From Adineta vaga (lineage: Eukaryota; Animalia; Rotifera): a stretch of 64,000 nucleotides of DNA. The DNA lies in NCBI GenBank assembly GCA_021613535.1, contig CP075496.1, forward strand, positions 558,001 to 622,000. Direction: 5' to 3'. A program made the translations under genes and the position numbers. The number at the start of each line of letters is the position of its first letter. The first letter of the stretch is position 1. Shown here piece by piece: positions 39,801 to 49,307 of this stretch. A model generated the notes under the pieces. It made no database searches and had not been told where the DNA came from. It worked only from the letters and a program-made list of their open reading frames with translations.

Positions 39801-40082
39801 CAAAATTCAAATGAACAAACAGCATTTTGTCGATATTTAGGTTTATGTCCAAAACCTCGATCAACAATTGAAGAAAAATTTTATGCAAAAGGTCATATTG
39901 ATATTGAAGGATTTGTTATTGATCGAATGCAACGTCGTCATTTACAATTATCTCAATGTCCATTTCGTTCCAATCCATTATCATTTATTAGAAAATTTAT
40001 TGAAAATCGAAATAATTCAAATGTTCCTTTAACATCACATGTTGGAAGTATTATTTATAATTCAATGAAACTTATTCAATAA
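30894..40082 (+). CDS. Giant 3062-aa DUF3638/DUF3645-type protein with an SF2-like P-loop NTPase core
   Basis: Single uninterrupted ORF. N-terminal INHLFLP, QNASILI, PFRRSGLW. WLILELE..I.IR..Q, MNMGEGKTSV (Walker A-like), ILDECDE (Walker B-like), MAVPFRAKDVP...EFAHPD (DUF3645), GFSGT, HTRGSD, QACMRMRKL. Confidence 0.85.
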   Translation: MEMNESLINHLFLPYNLPCSSDDDYLLKKNHENEYKLLEYINEYFDLNKFIYTKDLFPFIDIFMTSIQRWSILQNPQTLFKSQFRCFIEELKSGDFLPLYFHNQNASILIEIDEINDNSPLISSWQVLLSPSELTSSFQNHYSYFPIEKYRLLNRSQLISDIQCELLMDFMLNPIEYSKSYKCSYEVNEIRDIPQSHYVYQWWIQQFQKIQIENTSNKFVKFHKKHRDHIRWNNCYLPFRRSGLWMTIKVIFQTILMKHFSINGKLIYKLLITHFLTFVIYTNKNLSNDLKIFSIRKILRRLNKIDSIIDLKDFNQWIYQTKDDIQRKIQEIIPKNNWQIPFQQQIKKILSKKNKTFDSSDINKHMCQKIKLFIENSKSKTNPTEISIHQNDSNEIYSIETLINKLNEQFLIYIEIWMENHFQQWFSYQLKDKKFFENFLEFYEKYQIKSMEFYQLNSNDPIGYTRFLLISLNIIKTFHEYLCNNIRFERLKYHTIHIPHLNKLFQYLILPKRDDMIKAFDLWNYFSRFNSKFYPDLLNNIDDSNAFGVYYGKHSKEINNIIEKIRIDSEKEKEKKRKEFHEEKANYLNLLNKSNEYICQCHLKSSSNQCYRCQYKRKANKIRLKIYECPLPLNQEKALAVIFELQMPIEIRIYRDILWLFINRFNLTDRNQKNIYQWLNVSPHSIKLKPFSNLPQNTKVKLISSTKSISQSHYFSPSISTSCIEDFIYENTLKVEITPSKPIDFNEESHLLTPKIDHSKYKQLEFTLENTEFNCNDIIAQSVNCSSEFQRNEFIEYGSFRCGHYLQWWNLLTILEMNSLSISEENVVILIVHSIFQYGPFNDQSLTFPWCSQSHRQLLEDDFVKEFLQRLQYHLDQCQLNWQNEFVLFLIIIITMRILKISNEKQISQLVLIIFQCRKIAQEWMEILSENLEKISSMSLNDKDKIRIKMINISISYLLTFSIDKDQIEYLLFSNENVLFYLKSIRILSNNQNTIELTHFTKYMKRYSEYISIEIQPILNEFLEETSYKSLNEFIKINWTNFQEQDLKWIKRNEDMFNGWYDCQYKSRYLSINTINGIILIDDMTLDYLPNIITSNQLFQHVFQQYHFQVEPTQLPLTYRTKFKNYHQKNLQYKFSYNDEKKLLKIFEKNCETKEILQLIPLDCFQDEFPDEFVNNYSHWLNEKEGKIYFRPIDFENSNFSNEISFILSLDEGYLINKTNDQILVNQTSKFFENLFIKYFIRLDEKSFVYIMQNDTFDNEYIYYIYLSRLKLHFKYDDHKKLIQSYQYPNMFIDQNQWLGTLTGLNSTLILSTIREENQILNNYPFKKVIIPFGQIQTRKTNYIDHQTVIIDRSNLSKSFSEKYFVYIIHERLKILQSTDTPTGFLYLSLLHAMTSNCLPDEFLGMTGMERSFQILNSSSCYSAQPYDSLSLNILNQIALISPQVNYYPTYLTCMENIQWNINHLSYSLQHFGYYLLVKELFLTSQQFTYLYPHIISNEIPLIFQNKISNEKLLVKLYFDYRHSYNPLTRLNIEIKNEKFIRDKEYKLFSKDFSFRKNSSSSINLCNDLYKQGNVNLKDFSEQDCLLPLSQWLTNENQLKNIWIGLLKLIIDSKIQRNLIKLDRIEKLIEFLYYISDQIEINRFYLEILETILKMSINLWKTISFPLFQQYFMIEEISYEKERIELIKSYSKGKKEEIFNEIEDCWLNKRNYENKNHFTTIDETNEINKLFQIWKDNYQLRIFLDLIQLFISSIEIDYFRSFIFYSPQIFLIQSIRKSYQMKIRLSQRLINENLLKKAEEKFHHFYSGFFSKSKQILLLNNENNDIFPFENFQENSLNEIEIYFQNQLKQSQLKLQSEKEISCLNPTKEEILEYFYSLQNETKQMWNELNKSIEDSNKELFDIGLFSRIIPTNLLSYFEKSREELCLIDEQIILLGGILVNWILEQQFERILFYLINQNMDEYEKELLNISHSNWIPSENVLWLILELEMNITIRQIQIQMINHIKQSIELNKINKNIRTLIIQMNMGEGKTSVLLPMLILFLSTSNLTLIRILILKSLFPTNYQLLKYKFCSLINRKIFPFTYSRSMNINSKEIHEIYNRFKQALSNCDIILTTPEDILSFHLLTIDKCVENQFDNAQSMLIIERWMKTFICDILDECDEILHVKYQLIYTIGNQQDIDGGEQRWFIIQIILSLVKKYIQDVKNEFNEEVYYKLSERKSSFPHIRFQTLKSFLSLSDKIVNDWINTKNYNDIEKQEIYFFIFNKESSIENLIHQYSSNDIQFFLIFRAFISSEILFFALKKRYRVNYGIHTNSSLNRLMAVPFRAKDVPTDKTEFAHPDLAILLTQFSYYYSGLTIQQFLQCLNHLNEKSNESSIIFHQWINYEDDQSISNDIKIYFNDYQTRIYVLYPILRFNMLVINYYLNHFVYPQEMKQYSNKIIASSWDLSSSIRSHMTIGFSGTSDTQLLLPIYVQQYNLSQLDKTDAIVLNNLFQCQNENYHTLSINANSDDILQEIVNSKQMINVILDVGALFLDGNNRDIALKWLNLSDKNKICYVVYFESDLIYVCNRSNQEQLFVTSSASERFDECLFYLDEIHTRGSDFKFPKGFHAAVTLGNDLTKDRFVQACMRMRKLGNGHSLTFWSSFEVHQQIQKNEQIHLIDILRWLYKNTIESTWDNLYHWIIQSLSFQKKIQGFRQIQWNNCEQIFTGMIIKQIARKCSQTELIDLKNMYGKKRIFETLEEIYLKYSEEIKEDLSNDIHEFVLNRLKNYCGKKKRLRQVLNEEYQREIQQEIQEEKQLKYLTNFKSFQPILHEKILQLFHSDIQLDLSQYPSVFQRLSFAFNQTTFQFNHWKNNLWISTEFQRTIYSKQDNLDLFLRPPRWIIVYRKEYLIFISPFEANHFINYINSCSQTTRSMTTLRLFLPRIREHQSIFINTSSLIIPSINNAFHFNILLEDLIELFLFNGNLFFQNSNEQTAFCRYLGLCPKPRSTIEEKFYAKGHIDIEGFVIDRMQRRHLQLSQCPFRSNPLSFIRKFIENRNNSNVPLTSHVGSIIYNSMKLIQ

Positions 40083-40120
40083 TTTTTATTAAAATATTTA
40101 AAAAGAAAAAAGAAATCTTA

Positions 40121-41077
40121 TTATGGATTGACTTTTGATGTTCGTTTAGATATGAATTGTGTACGTTGGGGTGGTTTATTTGTTGATATTGAAATAGGTT
40201 TAGCAATATCAGATTTATTTATTGTTTGAGTTTTATCTGATGGAACATTTTGTTCATTGACTTTTTCTTCTTTTGGTTTAGGCAAAATAAGATAAAGAAA
40301 AATACCAAATGCTCCTAAAGCAATTCCAAGAGAAAGAACAGCAAAAGATATTGGAGCAAATGACCATTTAAAAACTGGTAAAAGAATAATTGTAACTAAA
40401 CACGATAAAATAATTAAAGAACATAAAACAAGATTTTTAATTGTTCTTCCCAAATAAATAATAATTGCTAAAATTGTTGTAAAAAGTCCAATAAGACCTG
40501 AACAAACACCTAATTGATCTAAAATTTTCTTTGTTGATTGTAAACGAATAATCCATCCATAACACCATCCAGTTGCATCTTGTAAATTACTTGGAAATTG
40601 TGTTTTATTTGATGGTAAACAATAGAAACTAACTGTTTCATTAATAGGTGAACTTGTACCTGTTTCATTAAAGATAAAACAATCCATGGGATATTCAGGA
40701 CAATCACTATCAGGAATAACTCGTGCATTAGCTAAAACACAACCTTGAAAGATTAATATTGCTGTTATTGAAAGTGTCATTGTTCCAAGAAGACAAAAAA
40801 GAAAACCAATCCAATCACTACGTGTACATTTACATCTTCGAGGTAATATATTCCATGGAAAACTTTTCTCGTCTTTAAAAATTTCTTTCATTTTCTTCTT
40901 TATTTCTTCATCATCTTCTAATTCAGGTGGATCAATACCAATAATTCTTTCATTGACAAATTTTTGACCTAGTTCAGAATTATAAAATATGATTAAAACA
41001 ACCAATAAAATAATGAGAATAAGTCCAACTGAAATGCCAATATTACATCCAACATACGCCGGATAAGTCCATCCCAT
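40121..41077 (-). CDS. Uncharacterised ~5-TM protein with Cys-rich loop, copy 1
   Basis: Five hydrophobic segments; loop CP..MDCF...C...WCYGW; clear paralog at 43683-44609. Confidence 0.8.
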   Translation of the reverse strand: MGWTYPAYVGCNIGISVGLILIILLVVLIIFYNSELGQKFVNERIIGIDPPELEDDEEIKKKMKEIFKDEKSFPWNILPRRCKCTRSDWIGFLFCLLGTMTLSITAILIFQGCVLANARVIPDSDCPEYPMDCFIFNETGTSSPINETVSFYCLPSNKTQFPSNLQDATGWCYGWIIRLQSTKKILDQLGVCSGLIGLFTTILAIIIYLGRTIKNLVLCSLIILSCLVTIILLPVFKWSFAPISFAVLSLGIALGAFGIFLYLILPKPKEEKVNEQNVPSDKTQTINKSDIAKPISISTNKPPQRTQFISKRTSKVNP

Positions 41078-42649
41078 TTTGCGTGATTATTAACAATATC
41101 TTTGTTAGAAATGAATTTTTCTTTCAAATGATTTTACTTTTTTTTTCTTTCGGAGTTCGATAGGTTTCAATGTGTATTAACATAATTCAGTTGTCATGGA
41201 AAGAGAAAGTTTATTTTTATGGGAAAAAATCCTTTTTAATCGAAGTTTGTTTCTTTATTATTCAAAATATGTTTGTATTTTGCCTTGACACTAACGAATC
41301 ATTTTGTTTTGACGAAAAAAAAACCGAATTGAAAGAGGTTTCACCCAGACAGAGAATTTTAAGCTGGGTTTTTTTCTTCAAACATTGATTGACCATAATC
41401 AATAGTCGGAATTTAAATAGCGAGTTCAAAAAGAAAGCAATTCACTTTCATAAAAATCTCGATGATAGAGAATGTGAGATCTTTAGAACAAATTTTATAT
41501 ATAACGTCTTAACTTATTGTTAGAATTACAATGAAATATCGTAATATTGATTGACTTGCTCGTCTGTTTTGTCTGTGTACGTTAATCTACGCAAATTGAT
41601 TTGCAACGTACAATAGGTACATAGGGGAAATGTCTAGTATACGATGATAAAGAGAAATATGTGAGCGGAGCAAAAGAAAAATGCATACGATGGATTAAAA
41701 TGACGTCATTTATCCAAAGCTATTGATATACAGTGAGAGGAAAAACCAATAGACGAGTCAAAGAAAGGAGATAACCCATGATCTAGATTAAGAAAACAGC
41801 TATATATAGGAATATTTTCTTTTTCTTTTTCACAAAATTTTTGTATTTGATATTTCCCACCAAACTCATGTAATGACAGAAAAATATTAATATTTGAAAA
41901 CTTTTTCATTCACTATGGAATCGTTCGCATATCAATTTAATCGAGCAATTGACCTGGAATCGATGGGCGCTGTTCGTAGGAAAGACGTTTTAGTTACAAG
42001 GTAATTTTGTTCATTTGAATTTATTTTATAGTTTTTGTAAATTATTCAATTATTTCAGAAGTGGTCGAAAAGTCGCTTTTGTTGTTACTTCATTAGTTTG
42101 GTATGCTCTGAGAGTTTATGTTGAGAATGAAGACGGCGATAGAGCTGTCCAACTTGCTCGAACACAACATCTTACCTTGGCAGGAGTCATGGTAAGTATT
42201 TGACTTTATTCTTCTTAGATCGGCTAAGATTTTGTTTTGTCTTTATTTAAGGACCAAAAGAGAATATTCATACGTGATCTGTAAAATGATTTATTATACA
42301 AATAAGTGAGCGATGCTTCATTGGTCAAAACAAGAAATTTCAAACACAAAACTTTGTTTACCTTTTGCATGGAAATTATCTAGTCATTCAATAAAGTCTT
42401 CTTTATAAACACTAAAAAATCTTAGAATTTGCATTTGAAGAAGAGGAAGAGTAGAATGACACCATGAAGTCGATTTTTCATTTTTATGCGTCTCTTTTCA
42501 GTCATTGTTCTATTGTTTCGTTGGTAAATCTCATCAATATTTCTTCATGCGTGGATGAATATCGAACGATATTATCGGTCGAAGTATGACAGATGGTTGA
42601 GAACGCAAGAAAACACACTTTTTCTAAAGTATAATTAAAATTGATTATT

Positions 42650-42910
42650 TCCACTCACATCGATTATAATTCATTATTTTTCTTCACAAAATCAATCAAT
42701 ATTTATTAATACACGAAGTTTAATAATTTCTTCATCTCAATCAAATCATCTAATAATGCTATTTTATATAATATTCCATTAAAAGATTTAATTGAATTAT
42801 TTCTTTTTAATGAAACTCTTTATTTTTAAAGATATTGATCAAACCCAACATCGTCATTTACAAATGTCTCAATGTCCTTTTAATTGTAATCCATTATCAT
42901 TAATTATAAA
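42650..42910 (+). pseudogene. Decayed duplicate of the 3' end of the DUF3638 gene
   Basis: aatcaatatttattaatac, gatttaattgaattatttctttttaatg and cgtcatttacaaatgtctcaatgtcc...aatccattatcatt match ~39680-39990, with internal deletions. Confidence 0.75.
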
Positions 42911-43682
42911 CACAAGTAACGCAAGGTAAACATTGCTAAATTCTCTAATGAAAGGAAATGATCGTATCAGTCGCCAAACTTAATATACGAAAATGATTGC
43001 TCTAGCTGATGAATCGAATCACTTGTCCATTTCTCCAAAAGTGTTTTGCTCTTAATCAATTCCCTTCCTATATACGTCTAGTCGTTCGCGGGCCACTCAC
43101 GACTAGCCATTTTAATTGTCACGGCATTTATGTCGATCGTCTTCTATTCTCTCTCTTAAAACGAATAAATAGTTTTCCTTCAATTCACTTTTCATCACGT
43201 TATCAATGTGCGTTATTATAATAACAGGAAATACTATCCGAATACTCGATATAGTTACAAGATATTCGATAACGCTTCGATCAACCTTTATCAGCATGTG
43301 GAAGAATGAATTTGAATTTGAACGAACGCAAGTAGCTCATTCTGTGTATACTCTCCTTTCAATATAGGGAAAATCATTAAAAATTGAAATAATTCTTATG
43401 TTTCTTTAACATTATATGTGGAAGGTAGTATTTATAATTCGTATAAACTTATTCAATAAATTCAGACATTTTTCTTATAGATTTACTTCTTCGATATAAA
43501 CAATAATGAACAAAATCTTTTTTATTCTTTAAGATAGAATTATTCATGAATATCTTTCGTTTCTTGTTTGTTGAAATTTGATAAAAAAAAGAATGTTTAT
43601 TTTCCAATAAAGTCTAAACCAATTTCCATCCGATATGACACAAAATTTCAAGATAGAGCTGAAATAAATGGAATGTCTTTTT

Positions 43683-44609
43683 TTATTTTGGGCTAACCTT
43701 TGATGATCGTAATGATAAAATTTGTGTATCTTGAGATGTTATGTTAGTCACTAAAGGTGACGCTTTTGAAACAGGTTCAGGAAAAATATCAGATTGATTT
43801 TCATTCGTCGCATTTGTTTGTTTATTTTCCTCTTGTTCTTCTGGTTCTGGTGAAATACAATAAAGTATTACTCCAAATGCTCCTAAAATAATTCCAAGTG
43901 ATAATACCGAATAGGATAATGGAGCAAATGACCATTTAAAAACAGGTAAAAGAACACAAGCAGCTACACAACAAATGATAAGACTAGGACACAAAATAAG
44001 TGTTTTAATACATCGTCCAAGATAAACAATAATTGCTAAAATTCCTGTAAATAATCCAATAAGACCACTACAAACACCTAATTGATCTAAAACACTTTTT
44101 GTTGATTGAAAACGAAAAATCCATCCATAACACCATCCAGTTGCATCTTGTAAATTACTTGGAAATTGTGTTTTATTCTTTGGAAAACAATGAAAACTGG
44201 CACTTTGATTAATTGGAGAAGATGAACTTGTGCCATTAAATATAAAACAATCCATTTCAAATTCAGGACAATCACCATCAGGAATGACTCTTGCATTTGC
44301 TAAAATACAACCTTGAAAAATTAAAATAGCTGTTATTGAAAGTGTCATTATTCCAAGAAGACAAAAAAGAAGACCTATCCAGCCATTACGTGAAAGTTTA
44401 CAATCACCACATCCAATAATTGAATGAGCATTTTTCGTTTTTTCATCTTCTAATTTTGGTGGATCAATACCAATAATTATTTCATTTACAAATCTTTGAC
44501 CTTCATTTGAACTATAGAATGTACTTAATACAATAATCATAAGAATGACAATAAGTCCAACTGAAATGCCAATATTACATCCGATATAATATGAATGCGT
44601 CCATCCCAT
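43683..44609 (-). CDS. Uncharacterised ~5-TM protein with Cys-rich loop, copy 2
   Basis: Paralog of 40121-41077; shares e.g. NKTQFPSNLQDATGWCYGWI and LDQLGVCSGLIGLFT. About 380 bp of upstream DNA is also duplicated. Confidence 0.8.
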   Translation of the reverse strand: MGWTHSYYIGCNIGISVGLIVILMIIVLSTFYSSNEGQRFVNEIIIGIDPPKLEDEKTKNAHSIIGCGDCKLSRNGWIGLLFCLLGIMTLSITAILIFQGCILANARVIPDGDCPEFEMDCFIFNGTSSSSPINQSASFHCFPKNKTQFPSNLQDATGWCYGWIFRFQSTKSVLDQLGVCSGLIGLFTGILAIIVYLGRCIKTLILCPSLIICCVAACVLLPVFKWSFAPLSYSVLSLGIILGAFGVILYCISPEPEEQEENKQTNATNENQSDIFPEPVSKASPLVTNITSQDTQILSLRSSKVSPK

Positions 44610-45304
44610 TTTGCGTGATTATTATCAATATCTTTGTTAGAAATGAATTTTGTTTCAAATGATTTTTCTTTTTTTTTCTTTAGGAGTTCGATAGGTTTCA
44701 ATGTTTATTAACATTATTCAGTTGTCATGGAAAGAAAAAGTTTATTTTTATGGGAAAAAATCCTTTTCAGTGGAAGTTTGTATTCTGTCTTGATATTAGC
44801 GAATTACTTTGCTTTGAAGGAAAAAAAGTTGAATGAAAAGAGGTTTCACTCAGACAGAGAATATTAAACTGTCTTTTTTTTCTTGAAACATTTATTGTCT
44901 ACAATCAATAGTCAGTAATTAAATAGCGAGTTCAAAGACAAAGCAATTCACTTTCATAAAAATCTCGATGATAGATAATGTGAGTGCGGATTAATATTCC
45001 ATACCCTTTTTAAACTTAGTGGTCTTTTCGTATCGACACATAAACTATGCATTCTCTTTGAATATATTAAAATACAAACAATATTTGTTTATCTTTCAGA
45101 ATGAAAGAATAAAACCAACGCATTTCATGACTCAGATCGATACTACAATGGAAATAGTTGTTTTTATCAATTTAAATGATATCGAAGAAAAGATTAAATA
45201 TTTTTTCTCTTCCTCCATATGATAAATAAATAGATTGAATGTTTTCTCATCTGAATCTTATATTTAAACAAACGTTTTTCAAAGATAAAATCTGTTCTTT
45301 TTCA

Positions 45305-45887
45305 ATGATCATGTTTTCAAAATTTCTGTCTAATATTTTTTTATGTTTAAGTTTCATTGTAATTGTTCTCTTCACTTTGGTAAGTAGAAAATCTAAATAA
45401 ATATATTGAAATTATTGAATATTCATAGGTATTATCAGCAAAAAAACCAGATAAGAAATGTACAATGCCACGTGGTCGATCATGTACAGCATTAACACCC
45501 GACGAAATGAGAGATAAAGATTTAGGATCTTATTTTAAGTATCCTTGTGCTGGAATTGGTTGTAATTTTTATCGACCCTATTGTCGTCTTTGTACAAAAG
45601 ATCCATCGAAAGTAAATAAACCATATGTTGAATGTCCATCATGTGTTGCTGATGCTGAAAAATCATTAAATGAAACAACTGAAGGATTTGAATGTTATAT
45701 GCCACGTAGTCGATCATGTACATCTTTAGTTCCATCAATGACAAAAGCATTAGGTTTAGGAATGTATTATCAATATCCTTGTCGTGGAAATGGTTGTCAT
45801 TATATGGAACCTTATTGTCGACTTTGTGTTGTCGATCGTATGAGAAATGCAGCTCCGTATCCAAAATGTCCAGATTGTGTTCTTTAA
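45305..45887 (+). CDS. Small secreted protein with two 8-Cys repeats; 2 exons, 177 aa
   Basis: Signal peptide exon 45305-45379, intron 45380-45428. Repeat pattern C.MPR.RSC...YPC.G.GC....PYCRLC...PY..CP.CV occurs twice. Confidence 0.82.
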
Positions 45888-47171
45888 GTATTGCGATCTT
45901 TTCTTGTTCTATTTTTATTTGTAAGGAAAGAATAAAGTATTATATATTCACTTACTTTTTGTGCCAATATGGTTAAATCGACGTTTCACCTGATGCATCC
46001 AATAAAATGGAACAAGAAACATGTCTGAATTTATTTTAAATCTCAACAGAACATGTTTGTTCAAATCATTACAGTGAACCATCAAGTTCCCATCCAAATA
46101 CCATTCTATCTCCACTACAAAATACACAAATTCATGTGTAATGCGTCTCTAAAAGAGAGGAATGCGTAGCCGCTTTTTGGAGACAAAATGATACTCAACA
46201 TGGGTTTGTTAGTCCGGAAAGAAAAGTTTTTAGACGAAATTCATAGATAAAGTGGATATCCAACGAGTTAAGATGAATCTTTAAAGATTATCAAAACAAG
46301 TGGAACCACCTCGTAATGTTTAGCTTTTTATAACGATTATCATGAAGATTTGTAATCGAAGTAAGCGGAGTTGATCTCGTTAAGTGCAAACGTAACGATG
46401 TACGTTATACTTTACAGTTTGAGATGAAGAATAACATGTAAAACAATGTGTATATATACATATCGAGAAGTATTTCATCCTTTACATGTGACAAATGTTT
46501 TTTATAACTTTTCACCTACATATTTCATTTATATTGAGAAAGAAAATATGTTTATTGTGCAAAATGACAAGTAATATTACTTCCTTTTATGAAAAAAAAG
46601 GAACACAGGTGATCATGATTAATATTCGTTCGATCGTTGATGTTGATAGTATAATATTAATAATATGTAAACATAAAGACATGTTGGTTTTTCCCAATGT
46701 ATCATTGAGTAATATTATTTATGAATATACGGTCCATTTCGAAAATCAATTGAAATAAACTGTTCATGTTTGCGTTATTTTTAACAGAAGATTTTAATAA
46801 TTCTAGTAAATTTTTCTCTCGTAGAAATAATTTTCTTTCAAAACGATTCCATATTTCGACTTTGATTCGACGGAGAGTGTTGAATTGATCTGTTTTAATG
46901 CAATTAGAATTGTTCATCTTTGATAATTCAATCTTCAAATAAGACATGGATTTGAGTACCGTTTAAATTGTTTCATAACGAAGATTTTGAGATTTTATTA
47001 TGTGATTTTATTTACCTTTATTGGAATACTCTTGTTTTCATATACATATATATATATGCCGAAAATTAAAATAAATAAAAGATAGAAAAATTCATTGAAA
47101 CTTGTGAAATGAAGAAAACGCTATAAGACTCAAAAGTATATTCACATTTATCAAAAGCAAAACAACGAAGA

Positions 47172-48264
47172 TTACCCATGCCAAGGTAATGGTTGATTTA
47201 AATCAATATTTCCTCCACATAAAATAATACCTATATTATGAATAGCTGAATCTAATCGATCAATTTGAGAAAGAATTGCAGCAAGTGGTAAACCAGCAGC
47301 AAGTTCAATAACTAATTTAAGTTGTTCAAATGCAAAACGAGTTGCATCAATCATTGCTTGATCTGATATATTAAATACTTGTTTTTCAACTAATGAACAT
47401 ATGATTGGAAATGTAAGTTTACCACATTGTTGTGAACGACATGCTTAAATATATATATAGAGAGAGATGATTTCATTTTTTAAAAAAGCATTGTTAAATA
47501 CCTTCACATTTAGTTTGAAGAAATTGTGGAGGTTCAGGCCATAAACGTTTTTCTTCTTTTAAACATTCTTCAAGCATTTTTCCTTCAGGTACACAAGCAT
47601 ATATTCGAATATTTGGATTAATATATTTAGCATATATAGCAACACCACTTATAAGACCACCACTACTGACTGATACTAATATAGCATCAAGATTTGGTAC
47701 TTGTTCTAATAGTTCTAAAGCGATTGTTCCTTGACCTAATTGATTCATAAAAAAATGAAATAATTATCTAAAATTGAAATAACCTGCAATAATATCTCGA
47801 TGATCAGATGGTGGTATAAATAAAAAATCTCGTTCTTGACTAATTTGCAAAGAAATTGTTGTTCGACCAGTTGGTGTTGGTTCACAAAAGACAATTTCCG
47901 CTCCATAATGTTGAATAGCATCCATTTTATTCTTCGGTGAACCTTGAGGTGCAACAATAACGCATGGTCGTTTAACAACCGATGCAGCATAAGCTACTGC
48001 TTGACCATGATTACCTGATGAATGTGTAACAAAACCTTTGATATTTGAATCTCTTTTTATTGCATTAAGAACAGCATTAACAGCACCACGAGTTTTAAAT
48101 GATCCTGTACGTTGAAAATTTTCACATTTTAAATAAATATTTCTTTTTGTTATTGTATTTAAAATGGAATTGGTTAAAACAGGTGTAATGGAAAATGATA
48201 ATGAACGAAGATGATTTGCTGCTTGATGAAATTCATCTAAATTTATTGTTTCTTCTTCATTCAT
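47172..48264 (-). CDS. Serine racemase / Ser-Thr dehydratase family PLP enzyme (fold type II); 3 exons, 328 aa
   Basis: Introns 47736-47783 and 47444-47501. Motifs YLKCENFQRTGSFKTRGA (PLP Lys), THSSGNHGQA, IAGQGT, VSSGGLISG, ILCGGN. Confidence 0.9.
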
Positions 48265-49307
48265 ATCTTCAAACAGCAAAAATATGTTTTGAAAATAATT
48301 AACTAAAACCCTAGACATATGATAACACCCCATGATTTCTTTTTCATGTATAACAGTCAGTTTTTTATTCCTCCTGCTGTGAAAACAATCCATACTTCTC
48401 TTATGTATTTTGTGTGTTCTTTTTTAATGTTTATGATAACGTTAGTTTATTCTTAAATATGTAATTCATAGACGTATGTGTAAAAAATGTAAAATAACAA
48501 GTAATACTTGTTTAAAGATTCGCTTTTTTGGTCTCATAGTAACTCGAGAACGAGAAAAAGAATAAATGTTCGTTTTTTTCTGTAAAATAAATTTTGATAC
48601 GTATCGAATATTCATTATATTGAGGTTGATATTCATGGAATTTAGAAAAGTCTATAGTAGAGGTTCAATCTTTCATCTTGAGAGAATAGATACTTATAAG
48701 AAAAAAAACATACTTGAAGGTTCATGAGAAGCGAATAGACAGAAGAAAAGAAATGATATGAAACCCAATAATATGCATACACACAATCAATAAGAGCAAA
48801 TAAATTAGATTGATCACAAGGTTTATTCATTGTTTTGATTGGAAAGAATTAATAGTATAGTAGGATTTGTGTTATTGTTTGTCTACGTCAAAACGAAGAA
48901 GAGAAAAAAGCCATTTTCTTTTTGCAGGATTTCATCGTTTTTACTTTTATATGAGAAAGATTTCAGATCTTACTAATGTAAATCGTATAACGATAGAAAT
49001 ATTCGCTACGTAGTATAATGTATTTACATTACATTTCAAACGGCTCACTGTGATGAGTTGGAGAAAAATAAGCCAATAAAGAATAGAATTGTACTTATAG
49101 TGTCGCTAGATTGCTATGTCATATTCATATACAATCTAAAAGGAATTCTATGTACCGTGTTTTTCATTCAATTCACGCAAACCATGTAACTTTTCTTGAA
49201 AGAATTATGAAAAGTATCGCAAATGAATCAATCCGTGTTTATATTATTCTTCCTTGGATCGATAGGAAGAGCTGAGTATAGTATTTAATAGAGAAGATAA
49301 AAATAGT

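Noticed and set aside
43078-43106. Hairpin ctagtcgt...acgactag as a Helitron end or terminator
   Set aside because: Only an 8-bp stem with no supporting element context.
45975-46330. Possible hammerhead ribozyme or Penelope remnant (gacgtttcacctgatg)
   Set aside because: The CUGANGA/GAAA core and stems cannot be assembled, and the downstream frame has stops with no RT or GIY-YIG motif.
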